Made by a program: the position numbers and the translations under genes | The notes under the pieces: generated by a model | Told to the model about the DNA's origin: nothing | Database searches by the model: none | The model's input: only the letters and a program-made list of their open reading frames with translations | Shown here: in pieces, positions 1-10,152 of the stretch | How positions within the stretch are numbered: the first letter of the stretch is position 1 | How the letters are laid out: every line of letters starts with the position of its first letter | Source: Nitrospirota bacterium | GTDB lineage: Bacteria; Nitrospirota; Nitrospiria; Nitrospirales; Nitrospiraceae | Length of the DNA stretch: 64,000 nucleotides | Assembly: GCA_963703955.1 (NCBI GenBank) | Contig: CAVPGK010000016.1 | Location: 1 to 64,000, forward strand | Direction: 5' to 3'

Positions 1-388
1 ATGTAACTACTAACAGCTCAGTTTACGGTATTGCTGAGGAACAAGAGGGAACGTACACGGTCTCCTCGCTTAAGAATGTGACAGAGATCCTCTCGCTGCG
101 AGGGCTGCCGTCGTCCGACACGGTGGCGAACATCCTAACGAATTGGACAGCGGACTGTGGATCCTGACCGTTCGCGCTGGGAAATGGAAGGCATTTGAGG
201 AAAGGTTCTCTGAACGTACTGCACCCTTCTAAGACTCCCATACTACGGTGTGTGCCCCTTGACTCGATCGGCTCCGGGCAGATAATGTCTCAGAACCATT
301 ACTGGACTGGTGGGATCATTCTACGGATCACCCTCGGTCTGCTCATTGTAAGTAACCGTCTTTCATTAGGACCTGGAAGGCTTATTCT

Positions 389-826
389 ATGGTCGAACCA
401 AATGAACGAGCGAAAAAACTTGGTTGGCTCACGTTCACGATGCACCCCATCGACCTGAAAGAGAACCACACTATCGAAGCCCATGGCCAACTCATTGACG
501 GGGGCACCTACGCGCTAAAGTTAACCATCATACGGGTTGATACCGAGGCTGCGACGCTCTTTTATGCTGGTCGTGCCAGAGAGCATGGCTTCTCCCCACG
601 ACAGGTCACGGTCCCATTTGTCGCAGATCAACCGGTCCAGTTAGAAGTGACGAACGTGGGTCAAATTCCGGTTATTCCGCCACTCTATGCCATGTGGGAA
701 GGGAGTGTGCGAGTCGCGCCCGGTGAGACAGCCGTAATTATAATCGGCCAGCGAGAAGACCCTGCCATGGAACCGATTCAGTCTACTGTTACCCATGGGT
801 TCCTTTGTCTAGGCCTGCTCCTCTAG
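389..826 (+). CDS. Hypothetical protein (island DNA; true start uncertain)
   Basis: 145-aa ORF with no recognisable motif; lies in the lower-GC segment downstream of the tRNA 3' end. Confidence 0.4.
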   Translation: MVEPNERAKKLGWLTFTMHPIDLKENHTIEAHGQLIDGGTYALKLTIIRVDTEAATLFYAGRAREHGFSPRQVTVPFVADQPVQLEVTNVGQIPVIPPLYAMWEGSVRVAPGETAVIIIGQREDPAMEPIQSTVTHGFLCLGLLL

Positions 827-1049
827 CTATCTTCCTATGTTCACTTCCAACTGTCCTCCCACGGTGTTTTCCAAGAGGATTTGGCAAACCTTCCGTTGAA
901 TTCTCAAGGGACCAATGGTCCGAATACCTGCACGAAGGTTATAGGCGGAACGATCGTCAGAAATAGGAGCGGAGCCGGATGTGAGAGGTTAATAGGATGC
1001 AAAAGCAGCGTAGAACCTGTGGGGAGGTGACGGGTTTCGAATTACTTAG

Positions 1050-1140
1050 ATGTTCACCGCAACATCACGAGCGAGGATGATTTGAAGCAGGCGGCGACGC
1101 GCTTAGAAAACTACTTGTGGCAGTTACATTTTCGGTTACA
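1050..1140 (+). pseudogene. Extreme C-terminal remnant of a tyrosine integrase, followed by GTTACA direct repeats
   Basis: Reads MFT..NITSEDDLKQAATRLENYL, like the FDRYNIVSExDLxxAA tail of tRNA-targeting integrases; gttacattttcggttaca at about 1123-1140 just before the tRNA 3' end. Confidence 0.5.
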
Positions 1141-1196
1141 CCGGATAGTGTCAACGAGGCAGAGGCTGCGCCCATCGCCCGCAACCTATTGAATAA

Positions 1197-1285
1197 TGGC
1201 GGAGGGGGTGGGATTTGAACCCACGGTCCAGTTGCCGGACTCCGGTTTTCAAGACCGGCACGTTCGGCCACTCCGTCACCCCTCC
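1197..1285 (-). tRNA. tRNA-Ser (anticodon TGA)
   Basis: Minus strand GGAGGGGTGACGGAGTGGCCGAACGTGCCGGTCTTGAAAACCGGAGTCCGGCAACTGGACCGTGGGTTCAAATCCCACCCCCTCCGCCA: acceptor stem, CCGGT-CT-TGA-AA-ACCGG anticodon arm, long variable arm, GTTCAAATC T-loop, G discriminator, encoded CCA. Confidence 0.97.
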
Positions 1286-1399
1286 GTGCTTTTCTTTTCA
1301 GGCAGTTACGAGTTTCCGCATTTCCGGCGTAGTGAATCCCGTAGGGGAATTCCTCACGAGTCGTTCTACGGCTTCCGCCTTCCGCGATGGCGTGACGTG

Positions 1400-1812
1400 G
1401 CCGTAGCGTTTCTTTGAGACCGGGCCTTCTCGCACGCCGCACGAAATCCTCGGACCGCATGATACGGGGTTCCGTTGGGCTTGGCAAACACCCACTCGCT
1501 TTTCTTCGGGAGTCGGGTGAGGGCGGCGATGACGAGGGAGTTCATCGGGATCACTCGGCTGGCGCCGGTCTTCGCATAGCTGGCTTGCACGGTCAATGTC
1601 TTGAGGCGAAAATCGATGTCATCCCACCGGAGGGTCAGTGCCTCACTCTTCAGTCGCACCCCGCAATGGATGCCCACGAGGACCATCGTCCGCACCGCAT
1701 CCTTGCACTTCGCCAGCAAGCGGGCCTCCTCATCATGTTCCAGAAACCGGAGACGCTGCCGGGGTTCCTTCGTCAGCTTCACGCACTCTACCGGATTTTC
1801 TCCTTCGAACAA
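1400..1812 (-). pseudogene. Tyrosine recombinase/phage integrase fragment (first half of catalytic domain)
   Basis: RFLEHDEEARLL...HCGVRLKSEALTLRWDDIDF...TLTVQASYAKTGASRVIPMN has the catalytic Arg and Lys; no H-x-x-R or Tyr motif; 5' end cut by an IS3 end. Confidence 0.85.
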
Positions 1813-1813
1813 C

Positions 1814-1987
1814 GGGTTTTGCCACGCTTTTACGGACACCTGACTGAAGGTCCATAATGAACCAGGAGGGGTGTCATGGGAGCACGACGGAAGTTCACAG
1901 CGGAGTACAAGCGTGATGCGGTGGCGATGCTCGACGCACCGGGGGTGACGGTGAGTCAAATCGCGGCCGCACTCGGGATTGGGGCCA
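1814..1987 (+). mobile_element. Truncated IS3-family element (left end plus 5' part of orfA)
   Basis: IRL-like ...ttttacggacacc, SD GGAGG, then from 1876 MGARRKFTAEYKRDAVAML...VSQIAAALGI (HTH_Tnp_1 start), ending abruptly. Confidence 0.8.
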
Positions 1988-2130
1988 AACCGCTGTTCCC
2001 CACTCGGCAACCACTTGGCGTAGTGATCGAGCGTCGTGGTCGGTTTGGCATGGCTAAGCTGTTTGGAGACATAGAGCAGGGGTACGTTGTTGGAGAGGAG
2101 GAACTCGCGAACGTATGCCGCAAGTCATCA
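1988..2130 (-). pseudogene. Second tyrosine integrase fragment (catalytic C-terminus, frameshifted)
   Basis: DLRHTFAS / LLSNNVPLLYVSKQLSHAKPTTTLDHYAKWLP corresponds to the LRH...LGH...Y box II region. Confidence 0.85.
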
Positions 2131-3189
2131 GGGACAAAGTTCCTGACCAAGCGATGACCCGTTGCGCACGAGCACGATCTTGCCTGTCACGCCTCCCTTC
2201 CCGAGCAACTCGTGCGCGTGTCTGGCCTCGGCAAGAGGAAATCGCCGCGCGATGAGCGGCTTGATCTTTTGCTGTTGAAGGAGGTCAAACAGGGCGATCA
2301 AATCCTGTCGAAACGATGCCGGTCTCAGCCGTTTGAGCCACTGAATGCTGTAGGGGACCACCCGTTTCCGGCCCGGGAGAAGCCAGCCGCCAGCAATGTA
2401 CAACCCGAAGATGGGGATTCCATGAAAGCGATGACGACGACCTGAAGCCAATCGTCCCCCACGTAGCGAGGAAGTAAGGCCATAGGCCACGACCGTCCCG
2501 CCAGGACGGAGAGCCTTGCGGGAACGCCAGATATGCGTGCCACCGATGCCGTCAAAGACAACGTCTACACCCTCGCTCGTGAGGCGGCGAATTTCTTTCA
2601 CGAAGTCCTGATGCTGGTAATCAATTGGGATAGCGCCCAGGTCGGAAACGGCCGACGCCCCTCGCGACGAACAAGTACCGTACATCTCCAGCCCGGCGAG
2701 GCCCCCAAGCTGCAATAGCGCCGTGCCGACCCCGCCTGCCGCGCCGTGAATCAACGCGCGCTGGCCCGGTCTGACCTTAGCGGAGCGATGCAGCATCTGG
2801 TACGCCGTGACGTAGTTCAGCACGAGGCTGACAGCCTCGGCGACGTCCAACCCAGATGGCACCGGAACCAGTTCACGTTGCGGCAGGCAGACGAACTCCG
2901 CGTACGCACCACTGATCGGCAGCGCGGCAACTATCTGGCCTGGTTCGATTCCAGAGGTACCGGCGCCGAGCCGATCCACCACGCCAATCAGATCCCACCC
3001 CGGCGTGAACGGCACCGGGCGCGTTTCGGGATGAACGCCCTCGCGCATCAGTAGGTCGGGGAGGGAGACGCCTGCGGCCAGCACTCGCACCCGCACTTCA
3101 CTATTCTTCGGCTCGGGGCACTCTTCTTCAACCACCCGAAGTGCGTCGGGCCCGCCGTAGTGAGTAACGATAATGCGCGTGTGTCTCAT
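2128..3189 (-). CDS. Medium-chain dehydrogenase/reductase (NADPH:quinone oxidoreductase-like)
   Basis: PFTPGWDLIGVV, GAYAEFV, NYVTAYQML, IHGAAGGVGTALLQL, GKIVL; SD GGGAGG before ATG 3189. Confidence 0.92.
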   Translation of the reverse strand: MRHTRIIVTHYGGPDALRVVEEECPEPKNSEVRVRVLAAGVSLPDLLMREGVHPETRPVPFTPGWDLIGVVDRLGAGTSGIEPGQIVAALPISGAYAEFVCLPQRELVPVPSGLDVAEAVSLVLNYVTAYQMLHRSAKVRPGQRALIHGAAGGVGTALLQLGGLAGLEMYGTCSSRGASAVSDLGAIPIDYQHQDFVKEIRRLTSEGVDVVFDGIGGTHIWRSRKALRPGGTVVAYGLTSSLRGGRLASGRRHRFHGIPIFGLYIAGGWLLPGRKRVVPYSIQWLKRLRPASFRQDLIALFDLLQQQKIKPLIARRFPLAEARHAHELLGKGGVTGKIVLVRNGSSLGQELCP

Positions 3190-3534
3190 GGACCTGTTCC
3201 TCCCTTGGTGGGCGCTCGAGCTTGTGCGGCGTAACTTTGAATTAGCCGACACGAGTGTCGGTTCAATTGCCCAACGTCGGTCTAAGTACGGCGAATGTCC
3301 ATTAATCTATCGTCAATGTCGGTTCAATTTTTCTCTGACAACGCTTGACGGCGTTGGGCCGGATGACATGTCCTGGGTCGGCTCGGGTACGGTCGACCGA
3401 ACTCTTGATCAGCGGGCCACTTTCGATTTGGGCAGACTTGTGTGCGTAGTGATATGCGGGATAGTCAGTTCTGGTGATTTTGTTGGGTAGCCTGAGCAGG
3501 TTGCTGTCTCGTCAGGAGATTTCGAAGGTTGCTC

Positions 3535-3660
3535 CCTACTCGCCCGTTTCTTTGCGGTGATGGTGTAGGAAGTGTTCTTCACCGCCGGTGCCGTTCCCTC
3601 TGGGATGCGCACCGTGCCTTTATGATAGCCAAAATGATCGCGCCCGCGAGTCGGACTTTG
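3535..3660 (-). pseudogene. Possible short fragment of an arylsulfatase C-terminal region
   Basis: GRDHFGYHKGTVRIPEGTAPAVKNTSYTITA resembles the arylsulfatase segment F.Y..G..RIPEG.AP..KN.S..ITA (recalled from memory). Confidence 0.4.
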
Positions 3661-3789
3661 GGTTCACTCACGGGTTGCCCAAAATAGACCGAGAGTCATT
3701 AAAGAAGCGCAGTATGGTCATGGAGTAAAGACGTTCTTTGAGATGGTAACGATGTCAGATCGCTGTAGACGCTCAATCTTGGGCACAGC

Positions 3790-4167
3790 TCAACTCTGGT
3801 CCCTCCCATAAGACTTGTAGGTCAGAACGAGACCGATCGTGAGCAACGCAACAAGGGAACCATATAGGACGGGAGTGCTCTGGCCAGCCTGTTGAGCTGA
3901 CACTGGCGCAGCCATTCGGCCCAGGCCAGCAACAATCGCAAACCAGCCAACGAGCGTTATCAAGACCGGCCAGCGGCGCGACCATACATTGTGAGCTCGG
4001 ACGATTGCGAGGCCAGCAATGAATAGCAGTGTGCCGTTTAGGTACACGTGGGGTGCAAATGAGGGACCAATTGCCGCGGCGAAGATGTCCAGATTCATCC
4101 ACTCGGTAACGGTGATTCCGATGAGTGCAGGACCGACCAACCTTGCGGTGTACGCAGCGTTCGGCAT
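3790..4167 (-). CDS. Hypothetical integral membrane protein (about 4 TM)
   Basis: 125 aa, hydrophobic, VYLNGTLLFIAGLAIVRAHN.W...WPVLITLVGW; SD GGAG. Confidence 0.75.
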   Translation of the reverse strand: MPNAAYTARLVGPALIGITVTEWMNLDIFAAAIGPSFAPHVYLNGTLLFIAGLAIVRAHNVWSRRWPVLITLVGWFAIVAGLGRMAAPVSAQQAGQSTPVLYGSLVALLTIGLVLTYKSYGRDQS

Positions 4168-4426
4168 CGCAATCTCCGAGGTAAGCGTCTAACCATTGAG
4201 TATCAGATCGGCATAGTCCGCGCAGATGGCCCGAAAAGTGGCACGTGATTCTTGCGCGTGTTCGATCACTTGTCAACGTTCTCCATGGCGCCGCCTCGGC
4301 GTGCTATACAGACCCGCATAGTTCCGTTATGAGCTATGAAGGGCTTAACCCTTGGACCGCGAACCTGAACCTCCCCTGATTTTGTGGACACCTCTTAGGC
4401 ATAATGCCAAGAAGGAGGTGTATCCG

Positions 4427-4708
4427 ATGAAGAGAGACCGAGGAATATTTAGTTCGGAGTTCAAGCAGGAGGCCATCGCGCTGGTGCGCCGCAGTGGCCA
4501 GAGTGCCAATCAGGTGGCCAAGGAACTGGGGATCAATCAAACCACGTTGAGCCGATGGCAGCGTGAGGCCAATACCACGCTGCCGGGGACGAATGGATTT
4601 CAGGCGGCGGAGGAACTCAAACAGTTACGCCGTGAAGTTGAACGGCTTCGCATGGAGCGGGACATCCTAAAAAAGGCGGCAGCCTTCTTCGCCAAGGAGT
4701 CGGCATGA
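4427..4708 (+). CDS. IS3 transposase OrfA
   Basis: FSSEFKQEAIALV...VAKELGINQTTLSRW...ERDILKKAAAFFAKE; SD AAGGAGGTG. Confidence 0.95.
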   Translation: MKRDRGIFSSEFKQEAIALVRRSGQSANQVAKELGINQTTLSRWQREANTTLPGTNGFQAAEELKQLRREVERLRMERDILKKAAAFFAKESA

Positions 4709-5580
4709 GGTATGGCTTCATTCAGGCGGAGAAGGCGCAGTATCCCGTCGAGATGTTGTGTCGGGTCATGGCCGTCGCTCGTAGTGGGTTCTATGCTTGG
4801 CGTCGGCACCCCGAGAGTGCTCGCGATCGAGCGAATCACTGGCTGGGGGCACACCTGCGGGCATGTTATCAGGAATTTCGAGGACGGTATGGGAGTCCGC
4901 GTCTGCATCGGGAACTCCAGGCCCGAGGGATTCGCGTCGGCCGTCATCGCGTGGCCCGGCTGATGCGGCTGCACGGTCTGCGGAGTATCTGCCGTCGCCA
5001 CTATCGGCGGCCACGGCCGTGTCCTCCAGAGATGATGGCCGCCAACGACTTGCAGCGGAACTTCACGGCCACCCGCCCGAATCACAAATGGGTGGGCGAC
5101 ATCACGTACATTGCGACCCGCGAGGGCTGGCTGTATCTCGCCGTGTTGTTGGATCTTTATTCTCGGCGCATTGTGGGATGGGCCATGGGGACGCAGATGA
5201 CCACGGCCCTGACCATGCAGGCATTGGAGATGGCCCTGCACCAGCGTCCGGCCGTGTCAGGGTTGCTCCATCATTCGGACCGAGGCTGTCAGTATGCCGC
5301 CGTCACCTACCAGCAACGGCTGACTGCCCTGGGGATTCACGGCTCGATGAGTCGCCCCGGCAATTGTTGGGACAATGCGGTGGTGGAAAGCTTCTTTGCC
5401 ACGCTGAAGACCGAACTGGTCCATCACCGACGGTTTCAGACACGGCAGGAGGCCAAGACCGAGATTTTCGAGTATCTGGAAGGGTTCTATAATCGGCGGC
5501 GGCGGCATTCCACCTTGGGCTATCTCAGCCCGGCGGAGTTTGAACGGCAGGCAGGGCAAGTCATACGGGCTGTCCACTAA
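4705..5580 (+). CDS. IS3 transposase OrfB (DDE)
   Basis: YGSPR, WVGDITY, DLYSRRIVGW, HHSDRGCQY, DNAVVESFF, YNRRRRHSTLGY. Confidence 0.97.
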   Translation: MRYGFIQAEKAQYPVEMLCRVMAVARSGFYAWRRHPESARDRANHWLGAHLRACYQEFRGRYGSPRLHRELQARGIRVGRHRVARLMRLHGLRSICRRHYRRPRPCPPEMMAANDLQRNFTATRPNHKWVGDITYIATREGWLYLAVLLDLYSRRIVGWAMGTQMTTALTMQALEMALHQRPAVSGLLHHSDRGCQYAAVTYQQRLTALGIHGSMSRPGNCWDNAVVESFFATLKTELVHHRRFQTRQEAKTEIFEYLEGFYNRRRRHSTLGYLSPAEFERQAGQVIRAVH

Positions 5581-5933
5581 ATCGGGGAAAGATCAACCCC
5601 TCCTGTGAGGAGATAAAGGTTACTACATTCTAGCTTGGCCAGAATCCGGTTTGGTGCCAACCTAGTGCCAAAACACCATGACACACCATGATTCATGATG
5701 AGGTGTGGGATCACGAATCCTCCTCTTTTGCTGACGTTTCGTTCTGTTGAGTGTTCTGAGGTAGGTCTTCGGTGGGACTCTTAATCAGCGGAACACCAAC
5801 TCTGGCAAACCTCTTTTGCAACGCTGTTGACAAGATCCGCATCGCGGCCTATTGGCTGATGCCAAATCACTTGCATCTATTATTCTGGCCCCGACACGAT
5901 GATTCTGCTACTATCGCGCCCCACAATACCTCT

Positions 5934-6473
5934 ATGCGATGGAAACTACCCCTGTGCTGGTTCTTCTTGATGGCGTCGGTTCCCGCCTGTGCGTCACCGA
6001 AGATCGGCTACGACTATGATCACAGCGCAAGTTTCAGCGCCTATCATACGTATGAGTGGATGGCAAGCAAACAGGAATCGACTGGCGACAAACGCCTTGA
6101 CAATTCACTAGTCGATGCCCGCATTCGAACGGCCATAGGAGCGCACCTGCGTTCAAAAGGCTATACTGCACCCATAGGTGGGAGTCCAGATTTCTACGTC
6201 GCCTACCATGTCGGAGTGACGGATATGATAAAGGAGTCTTCTACGCAACGTTACATCGGCGATCGGGCGCACGGCACATACACCACGATCAGGGACGTTG
6301 ATTCGTACAAGGAAGGCACCCTCCTCATCGACATTGTCGATGCCGCATCCAAACAACTGGTCTGGCAAGCCTCCGCATTGGCGGAAGTTGATCCGGGCAT
6401 GACGCCCGAAGAGCGAGACGAACGCATCGGCGGTATCGTCCGCGCCATGCTCTCTCACTTCCCACCGAAGTAA
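5934..6473 (+). CDS. DUF4136-family lipoprotein, copy 1
   Basis: Lipobox-like PAC; YDYD...FSAYHTY; Y.EGTLLIDIVDA.SKQLVW...FPPK. Confidence 0.85.
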   Translation: MRWKLPLCWFFLMASVPACASPKIGYDYDHSASFSAYHTYEWMASKQESTGDKRLDNSLVDARIRTAIGAHLRSKGYTAPIGGSPDFYVAYHVGVTDMIKESSTQRYIGDRAHGTYTTIRDVDSYKEGTLLIDIVDAASKQLVWQASALAEVDPGMTPEERDERIGGIVRAMLSHFPPK

Positions 6474-6495
6474 GTCGCCTCGGGAGGTGATCACG

Positions 6496-7071
6496 ATGAC
6501 ATGGAAGCAACCCGTATGTGCGTTCCTGGTGATGGCGTCCGCCGCCTGTGCGTCACCGAAGATCGGCTACGACTATGATCACAGCGCAAATTTCAGCGCC
6601 TATCATACGTATGAGTGGATGCCGGGTGACCAGCCGCGGACCGGTGACTGGCGCGTGGACAGCTCGGTGGTCGATATGCGCCTTCGAATCGCCATTGGGA
6701 CGCAGCTACGTTTAAAAGGCTACACGACATCTGGCAACCGGAAGCCGGACTTCTATGTGGCCTACCATATCGCTGTTAAAGATATGGCCCCCCATGTCTC
6801 CAGCCAGTATTACTCCGACGGGATGGCAGGACACGCCTTCACCCAATCCGCAGATACTCGATCGGCAAGTAGCACGCATACAACAGCCATCGAGGCCCAA
6901 ACCTATATGGCCGGCACACTCTTGATCGATATCATCGACACCACCTCGAACAAACTGGTCTGGCGCGGAACTGCCGCCGGTCAGGTTGACCCTGGACTTA
7001 CATCCCAAGAACGAGACGAGCGTATCAGAAACATCGTTCGCGAAATGTTGTCCCATTTCCCGCCCAAGTAA
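6496..7071 (+). CDS. DUF4136-family lipoprotein, copy 2
   Basis: Tandem paralogue of 5934-6473; SD GGAGGTGA; lipobox-like AAC. Confidence 0.85.
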   Translation: MTWKQPVCAFLVMASAACASPKIGYDYDHSANFSAYHTYEWMPGDQPRTGDWRVDSSVVDMRLRIAIGTQLRLKGYTTSGNRKPDFYVAYHIAVKDMAPHVSSQYYSDGMAGHAFTQSADTRSASSTHTTAIEAQTYMAGTLLIDIIDTTSNKLVWRGTAAGQVDPGLTSQERDERIRNIVREMLSHFPPK

Positions 7072-7454
7072 CTAGCTAGCGATCCAGGCTGAATCGACAT
7101 TACTTTGAATGACCAACCTGTTCGGCGACCCGCTGCAAACTCCTTCATCTATCATCGACCTCCCGCGGAATATTCTTATGAATGGTAGTCACAAAACTCT
7201 TTGTATCTGATTTGATGTACCTCAGTATCCGTTTGGATACCGTTAAAGCGATAACCTCGTCCGTAAATTCCACCTCTTTGACCTAACCCCGATGATTAAC
7301 GCGCAATGTCGCCGTACTGGCGTATGGCATTCGGATGTCCCGCTCCGTTTTGGTGCATACGGTGAAGATGGTCTCACAACACACTGCTAGATGGCGATCT
7401 TGCCCAACTAACCCCTTCTTATCGTAGCGCCCGCTGGGTAGGTCGATCGACATC

Positions 7455-8183
7455 TCATGCCGATAGGGAATCGGCAAGCGCGCGCAGCAGTATTGCCCCA
7501 TCACCATGCCATGCGCTGCCGTGCATGCATGCGAGTGTTGCAGGGTTTGCCGAGGCTAGCCGCTCCAGCATCACACGTGCATTCTTCGTGTGTGAAAAGT
7601 AATCCATCCCGTGGCGGAAAGCCTCACTCGGCTCAAGAATATCCGACTCCGTGATGGGCGGAAGATCAGCGCCTCCCTGCGTGAACAGGTCGCCACATAG
7701 CAACGTCGATGTTCGTTCTTCCATCAGAAACCCACATTCCCAGGCGTGCGGCAGATGCGGCGTGTCGAACCAACGCACGGCGTGCTTGCCCAGTGACAAG
7801 AGTTCCGCATCGGCAAGCGCGCGGGGCACCCGATCAGCAAGGTCACCTATCGATACCGTGGCAGCGACAGTGCCGCACAGTGGTACAGACTGTGGGGCGG
7901 CACTAAGCCATTCGTTGAGCGAACCGCACTCGTCGGCTTCCACATGGGATAAGCCAATGTAGCGAAGCCTCTCGACTGGCAAAACGCTCGCCACTGCTTC
8001 TCGCACGAGTGGAAACATCTTTCGCGGGCCAGTGTGGAACAGCAATGGTTCATCATCGACGATGAGGTATTGGTTGAATGAGAACCCGCCTGCACCTTCG
8101 ATCACAACCGGCGTGCTAATGCGATAGATGTCCTCAGCAACCTCATGCACATTTGTCCCGGACTGCCTGTTCGTAACTGTCAT
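7455..8183 (-). CDS. Metallo-beta-lactamase-fold protein (FprA/ODP-like di-iron domain)
   Basis: FNQYLI, SHVEADECG, TPHLPHAWE, LLCGDLF, ACMHG. Confidence 0.88.
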   Translation of the reverse strand: MTVTNRQSGTNVHEVAEDIYRISTPVVIEGAGGFSFNQYLIVDDEPLLFHTGPRKMFPLVREAVASVLPVERLRYIGLSHVEADECGSLNEWLSAAPQSVPLCGTVAATVSIGDLADRVPRALADAELLSLGKHAVRWFDTPHLPHAWECGFLMEERTSTLLCGDLFTQGGADLPPITESDILEPSEAFRHGMDYFSHTKNARVMLERLASANPATLACMHGSAWHGDGAILLRALADSLSA

Positions 8184-8269
8184 CAGAATCTCCTTGCCAT
8201 GTATTGAGTGCTAGTGGTGCTCTGGTATCCATCCTGCTCCCACGTAGCTACCTGGACAGGACTAATCAC

Positions 8270-8562
8270 CCCCATCTGTTCCCTGGTTCGGCGCGGTGGC
8301 GGTAAAGGCGCGCTGCAGCTCGGTGGCCATGAACCCGTTCGAGCCCAGGGGCTTCTTCGCCGCTTGCAGGTTCCACCGGCTCAGGGTCGTCTGGCCGATG
8401 CTGAGCTCCCGCGCCACCGCGTGGCCGTCTTTTCACTCCGTCGCAGCAGATCCACCGCCTCCTGCTTAAACTCGGACGTGAACTTCCGTCGTGGTTTGCC
8501 CATGAGACACCTCCGCTTGGCTATTATGCCTGGAAGGTGTCCACAAAATCAGGGCAAGATCA
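8270..8562 (-). mobile_element. Internally deleted IS3-family remnant related to the 4366-5595 element
   Basis: IRL TGATCTTGCCCTGATTTTGTGGACACC; orfA from 8503 (MGKPRRKFTSEFKQEAVDLLRRS) runs into orfB-like ELQRAFTATAPNQ. Confidence 0.85.
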
Positions 8563-8655
8563 CCTTGGCTGGAGTGGGCCGAGTGAGTCTGAGTAGGCTG
8601 GAGTAGGGTCGTGGGAACGGTTTCCTAAGCCGCTGGTCGAAGGCCTTTTCACTTA

Positions 8656-10008
<1,353 letters not shown>

Positions 10009-10152
10009 TCAATTCGGACAAGGATAGCCATCAGCCGTCAGCTTCGAAAAATCCATGAGACCACACCAACTACCATTCTCATTTCTCAAGCTGAAGGCCA
10101 AATGGCTACGGTACCCCTTGACAACGGTGTGAGCGAATGCAGACCATACACC

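Larger units (their letters stand above)
4366..5595 (+). mobile_element. Intact IS3-family insertion sequence, 1230 bp
   Basis: IRL TGAACCTCCCCTGATTTTGTGGACA and IRR reverse complement TGATCTTTCCCCGATTTAGTGGACA (20/25 match); TG..CA ends; ACC target duplication at 4363-4365 and 5596-5598; A6G slippery site at 4669-4675. Confidence 0.96.

Noticed and set aside
1197..1285. tRNA-Sec
   Set aside because: The anticodon reads TGA (Ser), not TCA, and the acceptor stem is a normal 7 bp
1065..1487. ORFs of 140, 73 and 63 aa over the tRNA
   Set aside because: Shadow translations of tRNA-Ser and integrase debris
1366..2010. 214-aa integrase as an intact gene
   Set aside because: Chimeric reading through an integrase tail, an antisense IS3 stub and a second integrase fragment; catalytic H-x-x-R and Tyr are missing
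7283..7440. Possible integrase sliver (MHQNGA-DIRM) and repeats near 7220-7245
   Set aside because: Too short and needs an indel; not supportable
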